The notes under the pieces are model-generated. The model searched no databases. It was not told the DNA's origin and saw only the letters and a list, made by a program, of their open reading frames with translations. The position numbers and the translations under genes were made by a program. A stretch of 64,000 bases of DNA from an uncultured Gammaproteobacteria bacterium (GTDB lineage: Bacteria > Patescibacteriota > Patescibacteriia > Buchananbacterales > UBA6539): contig CAZINP010000001.1 in assembly GCA_964540635.1 (NCBI GenBank), forward strand, positions 9,540 through 73,539. The letters are read 5' to 3'. This document shows positions 43,129 to 50,710 of the stretch, piece after piece. Within the stretch, counting starts at the first letter, position 1, and each line of letters opens with the position of its first letter.

Positions 43129-44289
43129 CTACTCGGGCTGAATTTCAATCACTTCGCCACCGCCAAACTTGGAGTGGATTAAAACCGAAGGATTACGACC
43201 GGCTGGCGTGGGCAGAATCTTGCCGGCCACTTTTGCGGTTACACCAAACTTCACTGCCAAATGGCAGAATTGCGCAACGTCAGACTCATCAATGACAACC
43301 AGCATTCCCTGGCCGCAATTCCAGGTGTCGTAGCAGTCATTTACGGACATGCCACGCCAATCAGCGCAAAGCCGAACGATCTCCGGCGGCTCGAAAAGGT
43401 CGTCCAATATCGCCGAGAAACCCTGGGGAAAAAGAACGTCGCGGGCAAATTTGCTCTTGATTGAGCCGCCGGTAACGTGAGCAATCAAGTGCATCCTAAC
43501 CAGCGGCAGAAAGTCGGCTTCATACCAGCCGTGAAGCTTAGTCAAAAAGCAATCATACAAGAATGAGGGCACGGCAGCCGAACGAAGATGCTCCTTTGCC
43601 TCCGGCTCAATGGCCCAATTGTCGCCGAAACGCTTGGCAAAAGCTTTGCGCACAGAGCTGATGCCGTTGCTGCGAAACCCATTCTCTTGCAGAGCCACGA
43701 CAACTTGTCCGGGCGCCAAAGTGTCACCGAGAATCATTTTGTCCGGGTGGTAGGCACCGATTGCAAACCCGGACCAATTGTATTTTGCCGTAGCCGCCTC
43801 ATTGCTGGAACCAACACACACGCCAAGCTCGGCGGTTTCACCGCAAAGCATGACCATTTGGTTGTTGCCGCAAGCCACCATCAGGCCGTTAATCAACTGC
43901 CGAAAAGCCTGATTGGTTTGGTCTCCGGCTTGGCCAAGGGTGCAGACGTCCAAAACATTGCAGAAAACCAGAGGTATGCCACCCCAGCGCGTAATGTCAC
44001 CGGCCGTCATGGCCAGCACGTCTTTTCCGGAAGCAAAATGAAACCCTGCGGCATCAGAAATTATCACTTTGGTTCCGATTCCGTCCGGCGCACACGCCAA
44101 GCTACTGCCGGGCAGTAGGCCCTCAACGGTAAATCCACGAGGCCCGCGGAAGTGGCCACGAGAAAAATCATGGATCTTAACAAACGGGCTTGCCTCATAA
44201 GTTCCGCGGCAACACTTTGCCGCAAAGGCGCTAAAGCTATCGCCTTCTTTTACGTTTACACCATCCCGGGTGTAGGGATCATTGCTCAT
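43129..44289 (-). CDS. PurM-like (AIR synthase family) protein, GC-rich cassette
   Basis: PYTRDGVNV, DGIGTKV, CGETAE, SNGISSVRK, IAHVTGG and NCGQGM align to the PurM blocks. GC is about 55% in a roughly 40% GC genome. The start is taken at M28 of the track ORF. Confidence 0.7.
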   Translation of the reverse strand: MSNDPYTRDGVNVKEGDSFSAFAAKCCRGTYEASPFVKIHDFSRGHFRGPRGFTVEGLLPGSSLACAPDGIGTKVIISDAAGFHFASGKDVLAMTAGDITRWGGIPLVFCNVLDVCTLGQAGDQTNQAFRQLINGLMVACGNNQMVMLCGETAELGVCVGSSNEAATAKYNWSGFAIGAYHPDKMILGDTLAPGQVVVALQENGFRSNGISSVRKAFAKRFGDNWAIEPEAKEHLRSAAVPSFLYDCFLTKLHGWYEADFLPLVRMHLIAHVTGGSIKSKFARDVLFPQGFSAILDDLFEPPEIVRLCADWRGMSVNDCYDTWNCGQGMLVVIDESDVAQFCHLAVKFGVTAKVAGKILPTPAGRNPSVLIHSKFGGGEVIEIQPE

Positions 44290-44500
44290 TGTTTTCTCCT
44301 TTTCTGTAGTAGACAACACCGCCCACTTTTCTGGAAACAACCACCAAACGTTCTTTTTGAAGAGCCTCAATCGCTCTTTCCACCTCCTGGTGAGTACAAA
44401 AACCCAATGAGGCCGTTAGCGATCGCTTAAGAGCACAAACATTGCAGTCGCTGCTGTGCTCCAAAATCTTCAAAACTTCACCCTGTACATCCCTAGACAT
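44279..44500 (-). CDS. Small winged-helix-like protein, translationally coupled to the PurM-like gene
   Basis: 73 aa from the ATG at 44500, preceded by AAGGAAAGGAAA. The GC-rich part begins exactly here. The stop overlaps the PurM-like ATG (ATGAGCAATGA). Confidence 0.45.
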   Translation of the reverse strand: MSRDVQGEVLKILEHSSDCNVCALKRSLTASLGFCTHQEVERAIEALQKERLVVVSRKVGGVVYYRKGENNEQ

Positions 44501-44620
44501 GAAAGTTTCCTTTCCTTGAGTTTTCAAAAAAGCGAAGCCTTCAAAAAATTGTCGGCTTGACGCCTTTATCTTATATATAATAAAGTGGCTTGTCAAATAA
44601 ATTTATGCTAAAATAAAACC

Positions 44621-46093
44621 ATGAAAACCAACTACGAAAAATCGTTTAAATTGTGGGAAAAACAGCCCTTTTTGAAGCGGCTTTTTTCTAAATATCCGAA
44701 AGCCAAGGCTTATTTGGTTGGCGGCGCCGTGCGCGATGCGATCCTAGAGAAACCAACAAAAGATTATGACTTTGTTATCGCCGGCCTGGAACCAAAGCTG
44801 TTGGAAAAATTTTTGCTTACCCAGGGCAAGGTTAATTTGGTTGGCAAACACTTTGGGGTTTTTAAATTTAAACCCAAGGGCTGGCAAGGGGAAGAAATTG
44901 ATATCGCCCTGCCACGAACCGAACACTCCATTGCTTTCAGCGGCGCTTACAAAGATTTTCTTGTTACCAGCGATCCCAATCTTAAAATAGAAGACGATCT
45001 TTCTCGTCGGGATTTTACAATTAATGCCACGGCTTGGGATTTGAAAGAAAAAAAATTGATTGATCCGTTTGGCGGCCTAAAAGATTTGCAAGGCGGAATT
45101 GTCAAAACTGTTGGCAAGCCCCAGGACAGATTTAAAGAAGATTACTCTCGCATGCTTCGCGCAATTCGTTTTGCCTGTCAACTTAATTTTGAAATTGAAA
45201 CCAGAACCTGGAGTGCCATTAAAAAAAATATAAAAAATTTAAACAAAAAAACCGGCGGCCAAAGAATCGTACCCCTTGAAGTGATTGCCAAAGAATTAAA
45301 CAAAGCTATAATCAATAATCCGATTTGGGCCATAGAACTCTTAGATCAAACCAAGACTATTGATCTGTTTTTCCCCGAACTGCTTAAGCAAAAAAAATGC
45401 CCTCAACCAAAAATTTTTCACAGCGAAGGTGATGCTTGGGCGCATATGATTATTGCTCTAGAAACCCTTTTTAGTAAAAATTTTACCAAAGAGTTTAAAA
45501 ACCAAAAGCCCACCCCTGAGGTTATTTGGGCAGTAATGTTTCATGATATCGGCAAGCCGTTTACCCTAACCATGTCAGATCGTATTCGTTTTAACAATCA
45601 CGACAATGTTTCCGTTAAACTTTGGCAAAAAATTTCAGACGACCTAAGGTTGTCTTCGGCCGGCCTAGACACCGATAAGGTTAAAAACTTAATTGGTAAA
45701 CACATGCTAACGATTCAGTCTCAGGTGATAAATATGAAAGATACCACCTTGGAAAAATACTTTTTTAACCCGCTTTTTCCGGGCGACGAATTAATGATGG
45801 TAATGTTTGCCGATATTTCCGCCACCATTCCGCCGTCAAACAAACCGGATTTTACCAGCTACAATCTACTTAAAAAAAGAATTGAAAAGCTGGGCCGTCA
45901 AGGAAAAAATAAAAAAACTTTGCCCAAGCCCTTTGTTGATGGCCACGATTTAATTAAAAATTTCAAACTTAAATCTAGCCCCCAGATTGGAATAATCCTA
46001 GAAATGCTGCGTGAGGCCCAATTGGCCCAAAAGATAAAAAATAAAACTCAAGGCTTAAAGTATGCCGGCCGATTTATTAAGAAAATCAAATGA
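44621..46093 (+). CDS. cca: CCA-adding tRNA nucleotidyltransferase with HD domain
   Basis: PolyA_pol head motif YLVGGAVRD and HD-domain motif MFHDIGKP are present. Confidence 0.8.
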   Translation: MKTNYEKSFKLWEKQPFLKRLFSKYPKAKAYLVGGAVRDAILEKPTKDYDFVIAGLEPKLLEKFLLTQGKVNLVGKHFGVFKFKPKGWQGEEIDIALPRTEHSIAFSGAYKDFLVTSDPNLKIEDDLSRRDFTINATAWDLKEKKLIDPFGGLKDLQGGIVKTVGKPQDRFKEDYSRMLRAIRFACQLNFEIETRTWSAIKKNIKNLNKKTGGQRIVPLEVIAKELNKAIINNPIWAIELLDQTKTIDLFFPELLKQKKCPQPKIFHSEGDAWAHMIIALETLFSKNFTKEFKNQKPTPEVIWAVMFHDIGKPFTLTMSDRIRFNNHDNVSVKLWQKISDDLRLSSAGLDTDKVKNLIGKHMLTIQSQVINMKDTTLEKYFFNPLFPGDELMMVMFADISATIPPSNKPDFTSYNLLKKRIEKLGRQGKNKKTLPKPFVDGHDLIKNFKLKSSPQIGIILEMLREAQLAQKIKNKTQGLKYAGRFIKKIK

Positions 46094-47079
46094 AAAAAAA
46101 CGAAATAACAATTGAACCGGAAAATAACGGCCAACGCCTGGATAAATTTTTGATTGAAATTCGTCCTGAGATTTCTCGCTCCCAAATCCAAAAGCTGATT
46201 AAGACCGGCCGCATTTTAGTCGAAAACAAACCCGCGAAAGTTCATCGATTTCTAAAAACCGGCGAAAAGGTGTCTTTAATTTTTGAAGAAAATAAACCTA
46301 AGGTTGAGGTAAAAAAAATTTCTCCGGTTCCGGCCGATAAAACCAAAGATTTATTGCCAAAAATAATTTTTGAAACCGATGATTATTTAATTTTGGAAAA
46401 ACCGGCCGGACTGCTGGTGCATGCCACGGAAAAAAATGAAAAAAATACTTTGGTTGATTGGTTATTAAATTACTACCCGCCAATAGAAAAAGTCGGTGAG
46501 GATAAGTATCGAGCCGGTATAATTCATCGCCTGGATAAAGATGTCTCCGGCATTATGGTGGTAGCCAAAAATAACAACGCCTACTTTCATCTTAAAGATC
46601 AATTTAAAGAAAGAAAGGTTAAAAAAGAATATCTGGCGCTTGTTTATGGCCGAATTAAAGATTTTGAAGGTGAAATTGATTTACCAATCGGCCGCAGCAA
46701 AGACGGGCAATTTGTTGCCCACCCCAAAAAGGGTTCTGAAAAATTTCAAGTTGAAGATCGTTGGGCAAAAACAAAATATAAAGTTATTGAATACATCAAA
46801 GACTATTCACTTTTGGAAGTAAAAATTTTAACCGGCAGAACTCACCAAATTCGCGTGCATCTCTCAGCTATTGGCCACCCGATTCTCGGTGATTTAATTT
46901 ACAAACCGAAAAAGAAATTTTTTCATTTATTTTCCAAAAAAATAAAAGTAATAGATCTGTCCAGAATATTCTTGCACTCAATAAAAATCGGATTTTTTGA
47001 TCTGAATGATAATTGGCAAGAATTCCAAAGCCAAGTTCCGGATGAACTAAAAAATTTTTTAGACACTCTTAAAAAATAA
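46090..47079 (+). CDS. rluD: RluA-family 23S rRNA pseudouridine synthase (RluD-like)
   Basis: S4 domain plus the catalytic HRLDKDVSGIMVVAKN motif. It overlaps the cca stop by 4 nt. Confidence 0.85.
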   Translation: MKKNEITIEPENNGQRLDKFLIEIRPEISRSQIQKLIKTGRILVENKPAKVHRFLKTGEKVSLIFEENKPKVEVKKISPVPADKTKDLLPKIIFETDDYLILEKPAGLLVHATEKNEKNTLVDWLLNYYPPIEKVGEDKYRAGIIHRLDKDVSGIMVVAKNNNAYFHLKDQFKERKVKKEYLALVYGRIKDFEGEIDLPIGRSKDGQFVAHPKKGSEKFQVEDRWAKTKYKVIEYIKDYSLLEVKILTGRTHQIRVHLSAIGHPILGDLIYKPKKKFFHLFSKKIKVIDLSRIFLHSIKIGFFDLNDNWQEFQSQVPDELKNFLDTLKK

Positions 47080-47088
47080 TGCCTTTAT

Positions 47089-47697
47089 ATGGCCAAGACC
47101 TTGAATAAAAAAAACGAACCGGAGATAAACGCCGGCATTTTTATAATTTCTGGGCCGTCGGGTGCGGGCGAAGATGCGGTAATCGATAGACTAAAAAAGA
47201 AAATCAAATTCAATACCGTAATTACCACTGTAACCAGAAAGAAAAGAAAGGGTGAGTCGCAAGGCAAACCATACTACTTTGTTTCCCAAGAAAAATTTAA
47301 AAAAATGTTGAAAGAAAAAATGTTTGTTGAATGGGCTTACGTTTACGGCTGCTATCGTGGCTGTACATATAAAGAAATTAAAAGATTAAAAACAGCCGGC
47401 AAACCCATAGTTTGGAAGGTTGACTGGAAAGGCGTTAAATCAATTAAAAAAATATTCCCTGGGGCCGTAGCCATATTTATTACCGTTCCTTCTTATCAAA
47501 TTTTAGTAAGACGATTGGAAAAACGCGGCCTTGATTCCAAGGAAACCATCAAAAAAAGGGAAAAATACACCAAGGATTGGTTAACCCAAAAAAAATTATA
47601 CGATTATACCGTAATAAACAGAGATAATCACCTGAACCAAGCCGTTGAAAAAATAGAGTCAATAATCAAAAAATCGATAAAAAGACTGGGCAAATAA
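47089..47697 (+). CDS. Guanylate-kinase-like protein with degenerate Walker A (GPSGAGED)
   Basis: Gmk-like blocks YYFVSQEKF and VDWKG are present with matching overall length. The P-loop Lys-Ser/Thr is replaced by Glu-Asp. Confidence 0.6.
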   Translation: MAKTLNKKNEPEINAGIFIISGPSGAGEDAVIDRLKKKIKFNTVITTVTRKKRKGESQGKPYYFVSQEKFKKMLKEKMFVEWAYVYGCYRGCTYKEIKRLKTAGKPIVWKVDWKGVKSIKKIFPGAVAIFITVPSYQILVRRLEKRGLDSKETIKKREKYTKDWLTQKKLYDYTVINRDNHLNQAVEKIESIIKKSIKRLGK

Positions 47698-47701
47698 ACT
47701 C

Positions 47702-47730
47702 TTGACTTTATTAGAGATTTCGTTTATAAT
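47702..47730 (+). promoter_or_regulatory. Sigma70 promoter upstream of rplS
   Basis: TTGACT, a 17-nt spacer and TATAAT. The leader contains a TTATCTctaacAGATAA hairpin. Confidence 0.55.
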
Positions 47731-47777
47731 CTAAAAGTGCTTTATCTCTAACAGATAAGTTATTTTATTACAATTTT

Positions 47778-48161
47778 ATGGCTAAAAAAGAAGTAAAAAA
47801 AGTTGACCATGGCGATAAGCTGGCCAAGAAAAAAATCGAAAAAGAGGAAATACCGGAAATTAAACCTGGCATGACCGTAAAGGTTCACCAAAAGATTACC
47901 GAAACCGGTCCTAAGGGCGAAAAACAGCGCATCCAGATTTTTGAAGGCATCATCATTGCTCATAAGCATGGAATGGAGCCGGGTGCGACCATCACCGTTA
48001 GGAAAATTTCTGAGGGAGTTGGCGTGGAAAAAATATTTCCCTTGCACTCACCCAACGTTATTAAGATTGAACCGATTAAACAAGCTAAGGTCAGAAAATC
48101 AAAACTCTACTATCTCAGAGACTATCGCAAACGCTTAAAAGAAAAGGCGATCAAAAAATAA
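47778..48161 (+). CDS. rplS: 50S ribosomal protein L19
   Basis: KPGMTVKVHQKI...RIQIFEGIIIAHKHG...ITVRKIS matches the L19 core. A Lys-rich N-terminal extension is present. Confidence 0.9.
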   Translation: MAKKEVKKVDHGDKLAKKKIEKEEIPEIKPGMTVKVHQKITETGPKGEKQRIQIFEGIIIAHKHGMEPGATITVRKISEGVGVEKIFPLHSPNVIKIEPIKQAKVRKSKLYYLRDYRKRLKEKAIKK

Positions 48162-48179
48162 ATCAAGTAGATTCCAAAT

Positions 48180-48216
48180 GCCCCGCCCTCGACTTCGTTC
48201 GGGGCGGGGCGTATAA
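48180..48216 (+). terminator. GC-rich hairpin terminator after rplS
   Basis: GCCCCGCCCtcgacttcgttcGGGCGGGGC. The downstream region is AT-rich but not a clean U-run. Confidence 0.45.
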
Positions 48217-48230
48217 TATTAATGATATTT

Positions 48231-48315
48231 GCGGACGTGGCGGAATTGGTATACGCGCATGCTTGAGGTGCATGTGCCGCAAGGCTTGGAGGTTCGAGTC
48301 CTCTCGTCCGCACCA
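48231..48315 (+). tRNA. tRNA-Leu (GAG)
   Basis: 85 nt with acceptor GCGGACG/CGTCCGC, anticodon loop TT-GAG-GT, a long variable arm and CCA encoded. Confidence 0.85.
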
Positions 48316-48335
48316 ATTAGAAATAAAATTAATTT

Positions 48336-48409
48336 GGGCAGCTAGCTCAGTTGGTTAGAGCGCCTCGTTTACACCGAGGAGGTCATAGGTTCGACTCCTA
48401 TGCTGCCCA
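48336..48409 (+). tRNA. tRNA-Val (UAC)
   Basis: Acceptor GGGCAGC/GCTGCCC and anticodon stem CCTCG/CGAGG with loop TT-TAC-AC. CCA is not encoded. Confidence 0.8.
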
Positions 48410-48424
48410 TTTAAAACCAAAAAT

Positions 48425-48679
48425 ATGTTTCAATTTTTTCTTGGCTTAATTATTGTCATTGTCGGCGCTGTAGTTACTATCAAATCAGACTGGTTTTACA
48501 GAAACTTTGGACCAATCCCCTCATTTGATAAATATTTGGGAACTGAAGGTGGCAGTCGTCTTGGCTATCAAGTAATCGGAATTATTGCCTGCATCATCGG
48601 TTTCATGGTTATGACAAATTTAATTGGCGTCTTCTTGATGGCAACGGTTGGTAGACTTTTTACCGGAAGATTAAACTAA
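48425..48679 (+). CDS. Small two-transmembrane membrane protein (hypothetical)
   Basis: 84 aa with two clear hydrophobic helices, lying between tRNA genes. No Shine-Dalgarno, which is common in this genome. Confidence 0.4.
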   Translation: MFQFFLGLIIVIVGAVVTIKSDWFYRNFGPIPSFDKYLGTEGGSRLGYQVIGIIACIIGFMVMTNLIGVFLMATVGRLFTGRLN

Positions 48680-48694
48680 ACATAAAATATTTTT

Positions 48695-48771
48695 GGGCCC
48701 GTAGTTCAGCTGGTTAGAATGCCTCGTTTGCAACGAGGAGGTCAGCGGTTCGAATCCGCTCGGGTCCACCA
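48695..48771 (+). tRNA. tRNA-Ala (UGC)
   Basis: The G3:U70 identity pair is present (GGGCCCG/CGGGTCC). Anticodon loop TT-TGC-AA. CCA is encoded and followed by a U-G hairpin plus T-run. Confidence 0.9.
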
Positions 48772-48853
48772 AAAAATCTCAGTTATGGGATTTTTTTGTT
48801 TGATTTATATAAAAAAATTTGCTAAAATTTAAACGAATTATTAATATTCAAAT

Positions 48854-50401
48854 ATGGACAACCCGGAGAAACAAGGTTATATACCAAGCCAAGAGCAGGA
48901 AAATGCAAACCAAGAAAAAAACGGATTTACTGAAAGCGTCAAAGCAATTGATGAGTTATATCAATTGGTTGTTGACGACGCAGATATGGAAGCAAATAAG
49001 GAAAAAATTCTTCAACTTACCGAAAGAATACTATCTGCATATAATGTATTGGATCATTTCAAAAGAGGTGATGAAGAAAAAGTGGAAGAAAACAATGTGA
49101 ATCCAGTTTCTCCTAAAATTCTGGAGCTACTCCCAACTCTTTCCAAAATGAAAGTAATTCATGGTGCGTTTTCAAAAAAAGATGAAAACGGGCAATCATT
49201 AATTGACAAAAATCCTCAATTAAATTTTTCAATCCGTTTGTTGGAAAGTGACATCAGATACATATTATATGATGGGATTTTACGTCTAGACAATAAAACT
49301 TTAACTGAAATTGATCCGCATCAAGCCAGGGATCTTCTTTTACTTCTTAGATTATCACTAGCCAAAGGCAATGACTCTGAGATAACTGATACGCTCAATT
49401 TTCTTAAAAATTATAAGAATTTATTTGAAAGACTCAATCAATCAAATGGTTCTTTGGAAATCGCAAATGAATATGCCAAACTTCAAGATTTCTTAGACAC
49501 CGAAGAATTTGCAAGAAACCTGATAAGATCATTACACTTTAAACAAACAACATCCAAATCAACTGACACATACCTTGAAAATCAAGAGGGACTCCTTGAA
49601 AGAATTTTTATCAAGTTCGGCCTGAAGCCTGAAGAATTTTATGACATCCTGGACGCATGGGATAGCTTCAATGACGAATCCCGTAAAGATAATATTTTAG
49701 AAGCAAACATGAATACAATCCTCGATTTGGAAAAAGCACGGCTCGGCATCATTGTATTGCTTTATAGAGAATTTGGCATTAGAAACTTTAATCGCTACCC
49801 AAAATCAATTTTAATTGCTCAATTTGACGAATTTAAAAATAATGAAAAGCCTTATGGAATAATCCTTCAGGCCACTCACGACTGGAATAGCGCTTTTTCT
49901 CACAACAATGATGTGTGGGAGGATTTATTCTCTCAAATTAAGGATCAATATGGCTTAAGAATTATTGAAGCCAAAAGCAGGACCGAAATTGCCAGGAATT
50001 TAATTAAACTTAACAGAAGATACGGAGCAAATCATAAAATATCTTTTGCGTTTATTGGTGGTCATGGCAGCAAAAATTCAATTACTCTCGGTAACGAGGA
50101 GGATGACTCTCGAATATTAATTGAAGATTTTTTAGGCAGAGGAGTAAAAAGATTAGGTAATTTTTTTGAACCGAACCCGACCATAGTCTTAAATTCATGT
50201 TCAACCGGAAAAATGGGCGGCATTGGTCAAAGGATGTCAGAAACATACGACACAAAAATAATTGCACCAAATATTCCCGCCTCTCTTAAGAAAATTAATG
50301 CCATAATTTCAAATGGAAATATTGATTTTGATATAAAGTATACAAAAAAAGGAAGAAACAAAAAAGTTGATCAAGCTTTTTCTTCCGGTAAAAAAATATA
50401 A
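48854..50401 (+). CDS. Hypothetical protein with N-terminal helical domain and C-terminal caspase-like (peptidase C14/CHAT-fold) candidate His-Cys dyad
   Basis: The C-terminal 200 aa follow caspase-fold topology: GIILQATHDW, then RIIEAKSRTEIARNLIKL, ISFAFIGGHGS, about 48 aa, then PTIVLNSCSTG. The His to Cys spacing is about 48 aa, as in caspases. The N-terminal 300 aa have no recognised domain. Confidence 0.4.
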   Translation: MDNPEKQGYIPSQEQENANQEKNGFTESVKAIDELYQLVVDDADMEANKEKILQLTERILSAYNVLDHFKRGDEEKVEENNVNPVSPKILELLPTLSKMKVIHGAFSKKDENGQSLIDKNPQLNFSIRLLESDIRYILYDGILRLDNKTLTEIDPHQARDLLLLLRLSLAKGNDSEITDTLNFLKNYKNLFERLNQSNGSLEIANEYAKLQDFLDTEEFARNLIRSLHFKQTTSKSTDTYLENQEGLLERIFIKFGLKPEEFYDILDAWDSFNDESRKDNILEANMNTILDLEKARLGIIVLLYREFGIRNFNRYPKSILIAQFDEFKNNEKPYGIILQATHDWNSAFSHNNDVWEDLFSQIKDQYGLRIIEAKSRTEIARNLIKLNRRYGANHKISFAFIGGHGSKNSITLGNEEDDSRILIEDFLGRGVKRLGNFFEPNPTIVLNSCSTGKMGGIGQRMSETYDTKIIAPNIPASLKKINAIISNGNIDFDIKYTKKGRNKKVDQAFSSGKKI

Positions 50402-50446
50402 AAAAACAAATCGTGATCAATTTTAATTATTTTTATCAAAAATCTC

Positions 50447-50475
50447 TTGCGTGAATTTATAATTTATGCTATAAT
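50447..50475 (+). promoter_or_regulatory. Near-consensus sigma70 promoter
   Basis: TTGCGT, a 17-nt spacer and TATAAT lie about 60 nt upstream of the small basic ORF. Confidence 0.6.
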
Positions 50476-50535
50476 TAAGATAATCTAATTTATAAAGCTT
50501 CGATTTTTTTAAATCGTCGCTTAAAGGAGGTTATC

Positions 50536-50661
50536 ATGCCTGCAAAAAAGAAAGCGGCTAAGAAAAAGGTAGCAAAAAGAAAGCCGGCCAAAAAAGTAAC
50601 CAAGAAAAAGGTTGCTAAGAAAAAACCGGCTAAAAAGAAAGTAGCCAAAAAGAGAAGATAA
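50536..50661 (+). CDS. 41-aa Lys/Ala-rich basic peptide (histone H1/HctB-like KAKK repeats)
   Basis: MPAKKKAAKKKVAKRKPAKKVTKKKVAKKKPAKKKVAKKRR. A perfect SD AAAGGAGG lies 7 nt upstream, with the promoter above and a terminator below. It falls below the ORF-track length cutoff. Confidence 0.6.
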   Translation: MPAKKKAAKKKVAKRKPAKKVTKKKVAKKKPAKKKVAKKRR

Positions 50662-50677
50662 CATTCTCAATACAAAA

Positions 50678-50706
50678 ACACTCGACCAAAGCGCCGAGTG
50701 TTTTTG
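50678..50706. terminator. Rho-independent terminator (bidirectional)
   Basis: ACACTCGaccaaagcgcCGAGTGT-TTTTT. Confidence 0.65.
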
Positions 50707-50710
50707 ATTA

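Noticed and set aside
44520-44560. Sigma70 promoter TTGACG...TATAAT upstream of cca
   Set aside because: The spacer is only about 13 nt with the best -10, so it is not convincing. It is left unannotated.
48122-48316. 64-aa minus-strand ORF
   Set aside because: It lies entirely over tRNA-Leu and the rplS terminator. It is spurious.
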